Shown here in pieces: positions 48,468-56,920 of a stretch of 64,000 bases of DNA. The stretch lies in the IMG/VR virus record IMGVR_UViG_3300031951_000003, positions 1-64,000 of that record. The stretch is one strand, 5' to 3'. The notes beneath the pieces are model-generated. The model did not search any database, was not told where the DNA came from, and was given only the letters and a program-made list of their open reading frames with translations. Numbering within the stretch: position 1 is the first letter of the stretch; every line of letters begins with the position of its first letter. The translations under genes were made by a program, and so were the position numbers.

Positions 48468-49185
48468 CCCCAAAACCAACGTTGACTGTTAGTCTTTCTC
48501 CTGATGGGGCTATTACTTCTCTTCTCAAATCCAATTTAGGTTCATTTTCATCCATGAACTTACGAATATACTTGGAGTCCATAATTGGCATTTGTTCTAC
48601 AAACTTGGCAATTTCCGCTCTGTCACTAGTTCCATTTACCTCAACAATTTCTTTATTAAGCCTGAGAGTAACTTTTGGTGCAACTCTCCCTTGGGGATAT
48701 GTATCTATGATTTTTTGTATTTCGTTTATCTCACCATATGTAATAGGTTTGAGTTTGACTGTTGAATTTGATTTTGGTAAAGTAGTGATAAAAGTTCCGT
48801 CTTCATTTGGTTTTTGTCCTTTATTTACATTCAATTCGTCCAATACAATTGTCGCAGGAAAAGTCTTTTTGGTTTGTGGGTCGGTAAGGTTTAAGTTCAT
48901 CTCTGGTCCAAAACCTGTGTTTCTTAAAAATACTAAAATAGCTTCCACATCTCCTTCCAATAAATCATCAATCCTCATGTCAGGTTCGTATAATTTATTT
49001 CTCAAAAGATTAGTGGTAATATCCAATCCACCAGCCATAAGAATGTTTTCATCAGCTGCGGTCAGATAACCAACCTTCACAGATTTCTTTTTATTCTTGT
49101 AAAATACCCCTTCAGATGGTAAGGGCACGATATCGTGAGGTAATGTTAAATTACTCTGTGCATAATTTCTTGTTTGTTCATCCAT
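48436..49185 (-). CDS. Tail/hub assembly chaperone (T4 gp26-like)
   Basis: VPLPSEG..Y...VKVGYLTAADENIL, LLEGDVEAILVFLR.TGFG, KLKPITYGE, MPIMDSKYIRKF. Lies between the tube and the tape measure. Confidence 0.8.
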   Translation of the reverse strand: MDEQTRNYAQSNLTLPHDIVPLPSEGVFYKNKKKSVKVGYLTAADENILMAGGLDITTNLLRNKLYEPDMRIDDLLEGDVEAILVFLRNTGFGPEMNLNLTDPQTKKTFPATIVLDELNVNKGQKPNEDGTFITTLPKSNSTVKLKPITYGEINEIQKIIDTYPQGRVAPKVTLRLNKEIVEVNGTSDRAEIAKFVEQMPIMDSKYIRKFMDENEPKLDLRREVIAPSGERLTVNVGFGVEFFRPFFGL

Positions 49186-49195
49186 AAAAAAAAAA

Positions 49196-49222
49196 TAACC
49201 GTAGAGTTTATGTCTACGGTTA
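49196..49222 (-). terminator. Terminator after the tube gene, ending at the chaperone start codon
   Basis: taaccgtaga-cataaac-tctacggtta followed by T10 and then ATG. Confidence 0.75.
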
Positions 49223-49255
49223 AATATAATTAGAAACGATTTTTTATAAAGAGTA

Positions 49256-49744
49256 TTAGTAAACTAACACACATCTATCCATTCTCAATCCACAAGTAAT
49301 ATCTGCAAGAGCGTCCTGACTGTAAGACAGACTTCCGAAGTTTGCACTTGTTAGGAAGGTTCCATAGAGAATCCATTTTTCTACCACCACCCCTGTTGGG
49401 TCCAACATCTCAAGGTCAATATCTTTTTTATAACCCGCTGCGTAACCCATACGACCTGTTACCGACTCAGCGTGTAGACGAACCCATTCCATAAGTGCTT
49501 GTGCAGCTGAAGGACCAATTGGGTCTCTAAATTTTACCTGAATTTCATCCCAGTTAAATCTACCTGCAACAAATGTTGAAGTGTTTAAGAATTGAATTTC
49601 AGTTGAGTTTATCTTGATAGATGGTCTTGAAGCAGACTCCACGAACCACTCATTAATACCTAAACTTGACGGAAACCTTAGAATGAATCGATTCTGACGT
49701 TTCGGTTCGTAAGGTATGGGCATTTTCATCAGTAAATCAGCCAT
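49256..49744 (-). CDS. gp19: Tail tube protein, T4 gp19-like
   Basis: EPKRQNRFIL, VAGRFNWDEIQVKFRDP, YKKDIDLEMLDPTG.VVEKWIL.G.F. Confidence 0.92.
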   Translation of the reverse strand: MADLLMKMPIPYEPKRQNRFILRFPSSLGINEWFVESASRPSIKINSTEIQFLNTSTFVAGRFNWDEIQVKFRDPIGPSAAQALMEWVRLHAESVTGRMGYAAGYKKDIDLEMLDPTGVVVEKWILYGTFLTSANFGSLSYSQDALADITCGLRMDRCVLVY

Positions 49745-49778
49745 ATAATTAATTTTTTGTTTTCAGTGTTTATATGTT

Positions 49779-49785
49779 ATAAATA
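49779..49785 (-). promoter_or_regulatory. TATTTAT upstream element
   Basis: 34 nt before the tube ATG. Confidence 0.65.
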
Positions 49786-49836
49786 TAGTCTGTTAGAAAA
49801 TATTTCTCTTTACTTTAATTTTTAAAAAAAGTATTC

Positions 49837-50667
49837 TTATTGCACTTCCTTCTTAGTTCCTCCAGCAGTAGAATATGTTTTAACTAAATTATCTGGTTTA
49901 TCTTTAAAGGCTTTTCTCATTACTTCTACATTTCTTGGGTCATCGTCTGAAAAACCAATTGATGGTTTAGATGGTGTAAATTTGTTTCCTATGTCGTTTT
50001 TTAACCATGCTCTTTTATTAAGTAATGCTGCCATATTCTTAATGTAGTCCACAAAATCATTCATCGCTCTAACCTTCGCCTCCTCGGGATTTGTGGCACC
50101 CGACTCATCTCCAAAAGAAACGGGATGGTATTTGTTTAAATCCAAATAAAGGTCGATAAGTTCTTTATCAGATAAATCTTCTTCACCTGTAAAGTTCCTA
50201 TATTTTTTTAAATTTTTGATTAGTTCATCTTTGGATATCCCGCCGAAATCATTTACAATATAATTGTAGACGGATTGTTTCAGGGTTTCGGGATTATGAC
50301 CCCTTGCAGTGATTATTGCAAATATTGAACCATTATTTATTGCTTCTCTAAAGTCATCAAAAGCTGGTCCCTTCTTTGCTTGCATAGAATCAATCAAAAA
50401 GTCTTTGTCTCCTTCAGTTCGAAAGTTTCTAAACGGATTGTCACCGAACCCAACAATCTTATGTCCGTTATATTCAAAATCTTCTTTTCCTACAATGTGT
50501 CGGTATTCTGCAAAATCTTCGGTTGACATACCTACCTCTTCTCCGTCTGAATCTTTCAGAATTATCTTTGTCGGCATGTGCACAATATTGTCATCCCAGT
50601 CGAAAGCGTAATATTTTAAATCCGGGGTTTTCTCGTCTTTGAAACCTTCTGTAATCTCTTTTCTCAT
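49837..50667 (-). CDS. HAD-superfamily phosphatase-like protein
   Basis: Motif I AFDWDDNI, motif II IITARG, motif IV GFSDDD. Confidence 0.7.
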   Translation of the reverse strand: MRKEITEGFKDEKTPDLKYYAFDWDDNIVHMPTKIILKDSDGEEVGMSTEDFAEYRHIVGKEDFEYNGHKIVGFGDNPFRNFRTEGDKDFLIDSMQAKKGPAFDDFREAINNGSIFAIITARGHNPETLKQSVYNYIVNDFGGISKDELIKNLKKYRNFTGEEDLSDKELIDLYLDLNKYHPVSFGDESGATNPEEAKVRAMNDFVDYIKNMAALLNKRAWLKNDIGNKFTPSKPSIGFSDDDPRNVEVMRKAFKDKPDNLVKTYSTAGGTKKEVQ

Positions 50668-50678
50668 TTAGTATGGCT

Positions 50679-50710
50679 AAAAAATGGGGGGATTTTGTCC
50701 CCCCGTTTTT
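50679..50710 (-). terminator. Terminator after the sheath gene
   Basis: gggggga-caaaa-tcccccc followed by attttt on the - strand. Confidence 0.75.
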
Positions 50711-50711
50711 A

Positions 50712-53700
50712 TTAGATATTTTCGAACGAAGCTCCTGTTGGTGTAATAAAGAATTCAATATCTATGAATTCGAGAGCCTTCGTTGGTTTTAAGTAAATCT
50801 TTCCTGTTAATGTGTTTCTGTCTAAATCTTCAGGTGAAGAAGATACTGTCACACGGAAATCATATAGACCTCTATCTCTTCTAATTGAATCAAGGATTGG
50901 GTTCACACTATCCAAGAATTGTTGTCTTACTACTTGGTCGTTCTGTTCGAACAGTAATCTTACAGCCACCGCTGAAATTAACTTACGAGCCTGAAGTAAC
51001 AATCTTCTTACGTTAAGTCTGTTTAGAGCGGTATCCGCAACCTGTAGGGTTTTGTTACCCCAAATTACAGTTCCAACGTCCGCAAAAGTTGCAATAGGGT
51101 TGATTCTTCCTTGATAAAGAGTATCTCTATCCTCTTGAGTCAACTTCAATCTTGCCTTTATTGAATTTACAAGACCTCTTGTGTAACCCGCTGACGCGAA
51201 CCATGGGAAGGATATGTTATCTGTAAGAGCTAAATTTCTACAAACTTCACCTGTTGGTGGTAAGTAAATCTGTGTATTGTTTACTGTATCTCTCACCAAA
51301 ATCCAAGGATAGTAAGTAGATGTATAGTTAGAATCAATTCCTGTGTTATCTAAGTTATCAACCGCTTCCTGAGGATAAATAATATCCAAAGAGTTTGTTC
51401 CATCAGGAGTATACATGTTATAATCTGGTGTCGTTGCTATATAAACAGAATCAGCCCTTTGGAACTGAATCATGTCGATAGCTTCTTCAACAAGGTTTGA
51501 GTTATTGTAATAATCGATACTTGAAGTTGCAAATACATTGATATTAGTAGCTTCAGGATTTCTGAACGTAAGAATACCTAATAGATAAGCATAATAGTCA
51601 GTGTTAGCAAAATCTTGTGTATTGTTTTCAACCACAATTCTCTTAAATAAACCTTGACCAGTTGCTGAAGGATATCTTGATGATGCAGATGCACCCGCCA
51701 AGTAACCTGATGCTCCCAATTGGAATCTATCTTGGTTTGTTCTATATTCTCTATAAATGTCCCAACCATCAAACCCACCAGCGAAACATACTGTGTATTT
51801 TCTTGAGTAGATAAAGTAGTAAGGATTTTCTTGTGTTTCTGGGTCAAATCTGAAATCAGCAACCCCACACTCAAATGCCGGTGTTCCACTTGTTTGATAA
51901 ACATTACCAATAGTAACTACAGTTGCACCTGAGTCCATATGGAAACCTTTACTTAAGTAGTTCCAAGTAGCACCCTCGACAGGGATTGGAGCAATGACCC
52001 AAGAAGGTGGATTTTGTTTACCTTTATAAGAAAGGAATGATTCGTCAATTCCGAACTGAGTTGAAAAACCTAAGTAACTTCTTCTCACTATATCACCAGG
52101 TGACTCGACTAAATTATCACCTCCAGTTGCTGCACCGAAAGGTGGGTTATAGATAACTTCACCAGGGAAGTAGTATTTTGTTTTGAACTTTGGAACAGGA
52201 GATGGATTACTAACAGATGCATATTCTCTTTGAGTGTATCCGTAGAATCCACAAGGAAGTGCATCTATTGGTGCCTCTTCAGACATTTCAACCATCACAT
52301 ATTTTGATATTAAAGCAAACTCACCATTAGAAGAACCAATCTTTTTAGCCACAAAGTTATTTGAAGCTGGGTCCATAGTGCAATTTGTGAATTTCTCAAT
52401 CACAACAGGGTTCGCATCGGTGTCAAAGAAATTTCTAACTAAAACATCAAATGTCATGTTGTTAAAAGACAAGTTCGCGATTGAAACTTTTACTTCAACG
52501 TTAGCTGCATCTCCATCAGAGATTGATATGAATCTGAATAATTTATAAACTTTATTACCTCTCAACTCTGAAACCAAGAATGGTGTCATAGGTGATTGAT
52601 ATTTTTCTACGTTATAAGCAATTGAACTTGGGTCTTCTGTTCTTGCTCCAGGTAAACCAATCAACTGACAATCTAATCCACGGATATAACTTTGATTATA
52701 AGCATAAGCCAAAGAAGCTGGATAAACTTCCTCAACGAATACAGGAACCTCCTGTCTAGATTTTCCGAAATTGTCCGTCCCTAATACTTTAGTTATAAAC
52801 TTAGAAGAAAGTGCCGACAATGAAACTTCAAAACTGAAATTATCATTATCTTTCGTTATACCTGATAACAAGAAGGTTTCGTAAGGATTAATTGTAACCC
52901 CTGAGTATTGTCCCGAACAAACCATAGTTAATGCACTCAATCCTGAAACAGTTCCACCCGAGTTTACCTCGTAAATTGGACCGTGAGCATTACTTGCTGC
53001 ACTATTTTCAAAAAGTGATATACCTCTTGAACGGATTGTCGCTACAACCATGTTATTATATTCACTGAAAGCAGTTCCTGACCATGTATATACATTACCA
53101 GAAATACTACCCGAGAAACTATTAGAAGCTCCTGTTGCTATTGATGAAACAATATAGTCCATAGAATAACCTGAATAGTTATCATTGGAATAGTTGTTAA
53201 AGTTTGCATAGAACCAAGAATCATTCAAACCACTTGTTAAATCATTAAGAGGATAATTTATATTATCACAATTATATACGTTGACTAAGTTACGTCCTGT
53301 AGACAAACTATAATAGTCACTTTCTGGAATTGCACCATATACATTTGCAGTTGTTGAAGACAATGAATTTGTTGTTAGAACATCTTTCACAAACCCTAAA
53401 ATATCGGATTGGATATTAGATGTGCTTCCGTCACTCATTCTATAAAGTGAAGTCAACGAATTGTTAATTTGTGAAGGGAATGAATTAAGAAAAGAAATTG
53501 TATTCCCTGTCGAACTTCCTGTAAAGTTTACCACCCAAGGGGTAGCTGTTGCAGGATTGAAACCAACCGTAGTTGGGTCAACATTAGCAACAACTTTGAT
53601 ACTCCAAGACGGACCTGCGTCGTATCCTGAAAGACCAAGGATTCTTGTTACGAACAATTGATTAGATTGTTGTAAGTAAGATTTGGCAATGTAAGCCGCT

Positions 53701-53936
53701 TCATATTTAGGGATTTGTGTATTAACAAATTTTACAGGCTCGGACCCCCCGAAATATGCCTGAAATTCATCGTAGTTCGTTATAAAAATCGGTTCAAATG
53801 CGGGACCCTTAATTGTTTCCCCAACTAAACCTAACGTAGTAACACCCACACTCTGAGCCACGAATGATAAATCCGTTTCAGAGGTATAAACACCAGGTGA
53901 AACATAAACTTTTTGATTTGCTTGTGCTGTTGCCAT
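50712..53936 (-). CDS. gp18: Contractile tail sheath protein (enlarged)
   Basis: YVSPGVYTSETDLS, VGETIKGPAFEP, YYPW, PWFASAGYTRG, LYQGRINPI, IWGNKTL, NRLNVRRLL, PTKALEFI. Confidence 0.95.
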   Translation of the reverse strand: MATAQANQKVYVSPGVYTSETDLSFVAQSVGVTTLGLVGETIKGPAFEPIFITNYDEFQAYFGGSEPVKFVNTQIPKYEAAYIAKSYLQQSNQLFVTRILGLSGYDAGPSWSIKVVANVDPTTVGFNPATATPWVVNFTGSSTGNTISFLNSFPSQINNSLTSLYRMSDGSTSNIQSDILGFVKDVLTTNSLSSTTANVYGAIPESDYYSLSTGRNLVNVYNCDNINYPLNDLTSGLNDSWFYANFNNYSNDNYSGYSMDYIVSSIATGASNSFSGSISGNVYTWSGTAFSEYNNMVVATIRSRGISLFENSAASNAHGPIYEVNSGGTVSGLSALTMVCSGQYSGVTINPYETFLLSGITKDNDNFSFEVSLSALSSKFITKVLGTDNFGKSRQEVPVFVEEVYPASLAYAYNQSYIRGLDCQLIGLPGARTEDPSSIAYNVEKYQSPMTPFLVSELRGNKVYKLFRFISISDGDAANVEVKVSIANLSFNNMTFDVLVRNFFDTDANPVVIEKFTNCTMDPASNNFVAKKIGSSNGEFALISKYVMVEMSEEAPIDALPCGFYGYTQREYASVSNPSPVPKFKTKYYFPGEVIYNPPFGAATGGDNLVESPGDIVRRSYLGFSTQFGIDESFLSYKGKQNPPSWVIAPIPVEGATWNYLSKGFHMDSGATVVTIGNVYQTSGTPAFECGVADFRFDPETQENPYYFIYSRKYTVCFAGGFDGWDIYREYRTNQDRFQLGASGYLAGASASSRYPSATGQGLFKRIVVENNTQDFANTDYYAYLLGILTFRNPEATNINVFATSSIDYYNNSNLVEEAIDMIQFQRADSVYIATTPDYNMYTPDGTNSLDIIYPQEAVDNLDNTGIDSNYTSTYYPWILVRDTVNNTQIYLPPTGEVCRNLALTDNISFPWFASAGYTRGLVNSIKARLKLTQEDRDTLYQGRINPIATFADVGTVIWGNKTLQVADTALNRLNVRRLLLQARKLISAVAVRLLFEQNDQVVRQQFLDSVNPILDSIRRDRGLYDFRVTVSSSPEDLDRNTLTGKIYLKPTKALEFIDIEFFITPTGASFENI

Positions 53937-53969
53937 TATTAAATTATTCTATGCAGATTTATTTTAATG

Positions 53970-53976
53970 ATAAATA
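53970..53976 (-). promoter_or_regulatory. TATTTAT upstream element
   Basis: 33 nt before the sheath ATG. Confidence 0.65.
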
Positions 53977-54055
53977 TTCTAATCTGAATGAAAAAACTTG
54001 ACTTTTGAATATCTATTTGTAAATGGTGAGAATAAATTCTACCTTTTTTCTACCT

Positions 54056-54217
54056 ATGAATAAAAAGAAAGAAATAAAGAATATAAAGATAGCACCTGAG
54101 GTTCACGAGGTATTGAAAAAATACTGTGATAAAAGGGGGATAAAGATTTATAAATTCTTAGAAAATTTAATATTAGAGAAGTGTAAAGAAAAGAAAGATT
54201 TGTATGGGGAGGACTAA
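54056..54217 (+). CDS. Small ribbon-helix-helix DNA-binding protein
   Basis: KNIKIAPEVHEVLKKYCDKRGIKIYKFLENLILE follows the RHH pattern. The ATG at 54056 is preferred over 54023. Confidence 0.65.
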   Translation: MNKKKEIKNIKIAPEVHEVLKKYCDKRGIKIYKFLENLILEKCKEKKDLYGED

Positions 54218-55254
54218 ACCAACTTACTATCAAACTTTATAGAACCTTCTTTCAGGTTGTCTTGTTTCATTACGGATATTGTAAGAATGTCGTTGGTTGT
54301 TATTTGTATTTTATTAACATTCGAACCGAAATAATCTCCATTAATAAAGACATCAAAATTAGAGATGTTCTCAGAACCAACCCAAGTCATATCTGCAGTG
54401 AAATCAATGAACTCAGACAAAGAGTCATTACCAACCACGTATTGAAAATTTGACAAAAACTCGTCAGGATTTTCAGGAAACTTCCTTCTTCTTTTACTAA
54501 TCGTAGATGTGTCAAGTTCCACAACTTGAGCGACGCGAGCAATGGCTGGTTTCACCTGAAACTCCTCCTCATCAATCAAGTAACCCAACATTGTAAAATC
54601 ATATGATTGAACATAATACTTCCTTGACTCCAATGTCATTTGTGATTCATCTGAAATATTGTTCATAATTATCGGAACATACTGCCCTTTTATGAAGGTA
54701 TAGGCTTGACGCGAAGAAAACTTCTGAAGTGTAATTTTATTTAACTGATTCAATTCTCTCATTCTGTTACACACAATCTTCACACTATAATTAATATCAA
54801 CAGGAACTGGTTGTGGAATTGTATATATGTCCATACCTTGTTCGTTACCATTCCAAGTCGGAACAGATGCATAATAAAATTGTTTTCTGTTTGGTATTGT
54901 GTATTGTAAAGATGGATTGGTTCCGTATTTCACCTCAGGATTTCTCACAACAGTAACGAATGGAGGTTCGACATTATAATCTAAGTTAACAAATGTTGCA
55001 GTTTCAACATACTGACTCCAATTTTGTGTTGTCAATAGTATGTCAATCATCGGAACAGTTTTACCTCCAGTAACAACCTTCAAATCGTTTTTTACAAAGT
55101 CCAACATACCTCTGTCCAAATCCGCATGTAATACTGATTTAGGAAGATAAGTCCCATCCTTATTAATATATTCTAAGAGTTGCTCCCTCCTTGCAGAAAG
55201 AGTCTTCTTGGGAACTAATGGTAAAGTTGGTATGACTTGTTTTGGTAATGGCAT
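54214..55254 (-). CDS. Tail completion / terminator protein (gp15-like)
   Basis: Position between the neck gene and the sheath. PQPVPVDINYSVKIVC...LNQL resembles the terminator fold. Confidence 0.6.
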   Translation of the reverse strand: MPLPKQVIPTLPLVPKKTLSARREQLLEYINKDGTYLPKSVLHADLDRGMLDFVKNDLKVVTGGKTVPMIDILLTTQNWSQYVETATFVNLDYNVEPPFVTVVRNPEVKYGTNPSLQYTIPNRKQFYYASVPTWNGNEQGMDIYTIPQPVPVDINYSVKIVCNRMRELNQLNKITLQKFSSRQAYTFIKGQYVPIIMNNISDESQMTLESRKYYVQSYDFTMLGYLIDEEEFQVKPAIARVAQVVELDTSTISKRRRKFPENPDEFLSNFQYVVGNDSLSEFIDFTADMTWVGSENISNFDVFINGDYFGSNVNKIQITTNDILTISVMKQDNLKEGSIKFDSKLV

Positions 55255-55255
55255 A

Positions 55256-55948
55256 TTAATTATTTTTAGTCATTGAACCCACAGTTTTAAGTGCATTCCA
55301 ATGAGAGTCTGACTTGGATGAACTCGCCCCAATCACAATCCCTTGTCCTCTCCCGACTGAGTTTCCAACAAAAACATTTGAAGCAGGAACTCCGTTGTTC
55401 ACAGCATTTCTTACATTATTTTTCGTTTCACTTCCAGCAGCATATGGCTCAATGATGAACAAGTTATTTTTATTTTGACCCAAGACATTTGAAATCTCAT
55501 TAGATTTCCTGCATCCCGCACTGAAAAGATAAATCGGGATTCCTGGGTTTTTATTGATAAAATCTATAATTGTAGAGGATGGTGTGTTAAACCTAAAACC
55601 TTTAACATTCTTTTCAGTTCCAATCCCCTGTTTCAATAAACTTACTTGTGAATCTATATTTAAGTCACCAGACCTATTATCTAACCCCCCAACTAAAATT
55701 GCATCATACTCACCAGATGTTTTTTGTGATGAGGAACCTTTTCTCACAATTTTCAAACCAAACTCTTGTTCCATCGCACCTCTTGTCAAAGGTCCTAACT
55801 TACCATCCACTCCATCTTTGTTTGGACCATACTTACCCAAATCATACCCCTTTTTTATCAGATACTTTTGTATGATTTCAACATTTGGGTCATAGGATAT
55901 TTGTTCTAATAAAAAACCCAATTGTGATTCTTTTAAAATAAATCTCAT
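55256..55948 (-). CDS. Peptidoglycan-binding domain protein with an alpha/beta-hydrolase-like C-terminal domain
   Basis: VEIIQKYLIKKGYDLG...GVDGKLGPLTRGAM (PG_binding_1). IYLFSAG candidate nucleophile elbow. Confidence 0.6.
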   Translation of the reverse strand: MRFILKESQLGFLLEQISYDPNVEIIQKYLIKKGYDLGKYGPNKDGVDGKLGPLTRGAMEQEFGLKIVRKGSSSQKTSGEYDAILVGGLDNRSGDLNIDSQVSLLKQGIGTEKNVKGFRFNTPSSTIIDFINKNPGIPIYLFSAGCRKSNEISNVLGQNKNNLFIIEPYAAGSETKNNVRNAVNNGVPASNVFVGNSVGRGQGIVIGASSSKSDSHWNALKTVGSMTKNN

Positions 55949-55950
55949 AA

Positions 55951-56466
55951 TTAGATTCCGTTAAATTCGTTTTCACTAACCCATGTGGCAACAACAGTTC
56001 TATAGAAAGGTTTGTAACCACCATAGGTGTGTTTATTGTCTGACTTTACATATCCATCATCACTAACAACATAATATCTTACTCTATCTTCACTTTCATA
56101 ATATCCAAAATAATCACCCATGAATATATCAACACCCATGTCATCCAAAGTTTTTTGGTAAATACTAAATCTCATATTACCTGGTTCTTGTAACTCAACT
56201 CTAGAGTTACCAACAGTTTTATTTGTAGGAGCCATAACCTGAACGTAACCCTTCAATTCAACGGGAGCTAAGAACTGAATACCATCTTCCAAAACTTCAC
56301 CATATACATCATCAGTTTTGGTTTTGTATCTATCTATTCTATATAAAATTACGGTGAAATTCATATCACCAATTAACCACTCCTCACCCATACCAATGTC
56401 GAGAGCGTAATCCTCACCGCCAAAAAATTTACCGAGTCTTGTAATTGGAACTAATTTCTCTGCCAT
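55951..56466 (-). CDS. Neck / head-closure protein, T4 gp14-like
   Basis: VILYRID..KTKTDDVYGE...PVELKGY...GDYF. Upstream of the tail completion gene. Confidence 0.65.
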   Translation of the reverse strand: MAEKLVPITRLGKFFGGEDYALDIGMGEEWLIGDMNFTVILYRIDRYKTKTDDVYGEVLEDGIQFLAPVELKGYVQVMAPTNKTVGNSRVELQEPGNMRFSIYQKTLDDMGVDIFMGDYFGYYESEDRVRYYVVSDDGYVKSDNKHTYGGYKPFYRTVVATWVSENEFNGI

Positions 56467-56487
56467 AGTCAGCTGAACTTGTTTATA

Positions 56488-56516
56488 TTGATAAATACTT
56501 TTAAGTTTATTATATT
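56488..56516 (+). promoter_or_regulatory. sigma70-like promoter for the SET-SNF2 operon
   Basis: TTGATA, 17-nt spacer, TATATT, ending 8 nt before the ATG at 56525. Confidence 0.55.
56491..56497 (-). promoter_or_regulatory. TATTTAT upstream element
   Basis: 24 nt before the gp14-like ATG. Confidence 0.65.
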
Positions 56517-56524
56517 TAATCCAA

Positions 56525-56920
56525 ATGGAAATTCAAAGAAATACAAAACTACAAGTAAGAAAAAGTTCAATTCACGGTTGGGGGGTTTTCGCATGTGAAG
56601 ACATAAACGAGGGTGAGGTTATTGAAGAGTGTCCGATTCTTAGATTACCTGTTCAAAGAGGAGAAACAAACTACACCTTAATTGACTATACATTTGTATT
56701 TCCAAAAGGAGAGAATTGGCAAAACCACGTTATTGCTCTTGGATATGGTTCACTATATAACCATTCCGAAAACTATAACGCAACATGGGAAGACGATTTG
56801 GACAAAGACATTTTAAGATTTAAAGCAACAAAACCAATTTCGAAAGATGAGGAAGTCACAACTTATTATGGTGATGAAAGTTATTGGTCTGACGGTAGAA
56901 GTCACATTGAAGTAAAATGA
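56525..56920 (+). CDS. SET-domain protein (putative protein lysine methyltransferase)
   Basis: SSIHGWGVFA...I.EGEVIEE, GSLYNHS..YN, ATKPISKDEEVTTYYG. Confidence 0.9.
   Translation: MEIQRNTKLQVRKSSIHGWGVFACEDINEGEVIEECPILRLPVQRGETNYTLIDYTFVFPKGENWQNHVIALGYGSLYNHSENYNATWEDDLDKDILRFKATKPISKDEEVTTYYGDESYWSDGRSHIEVK

Noticed and set aside
22256-53936. Extracellular contractile injection system (PVC/Afp-like) instead of a phage
   Set aside because: Neck/head-joining genes and a full DNA replication set are interleaved with the tail genes.
6972-54019. Shared TTTGAATATCTA-type sequence at 6972-6988 and 54004-54019 as an operator
   Set aside because: It is AT-rich, permuted rather than aligned, and an 11-nt match also occurs inside a coding region (12078-12088), so chance is plausible.
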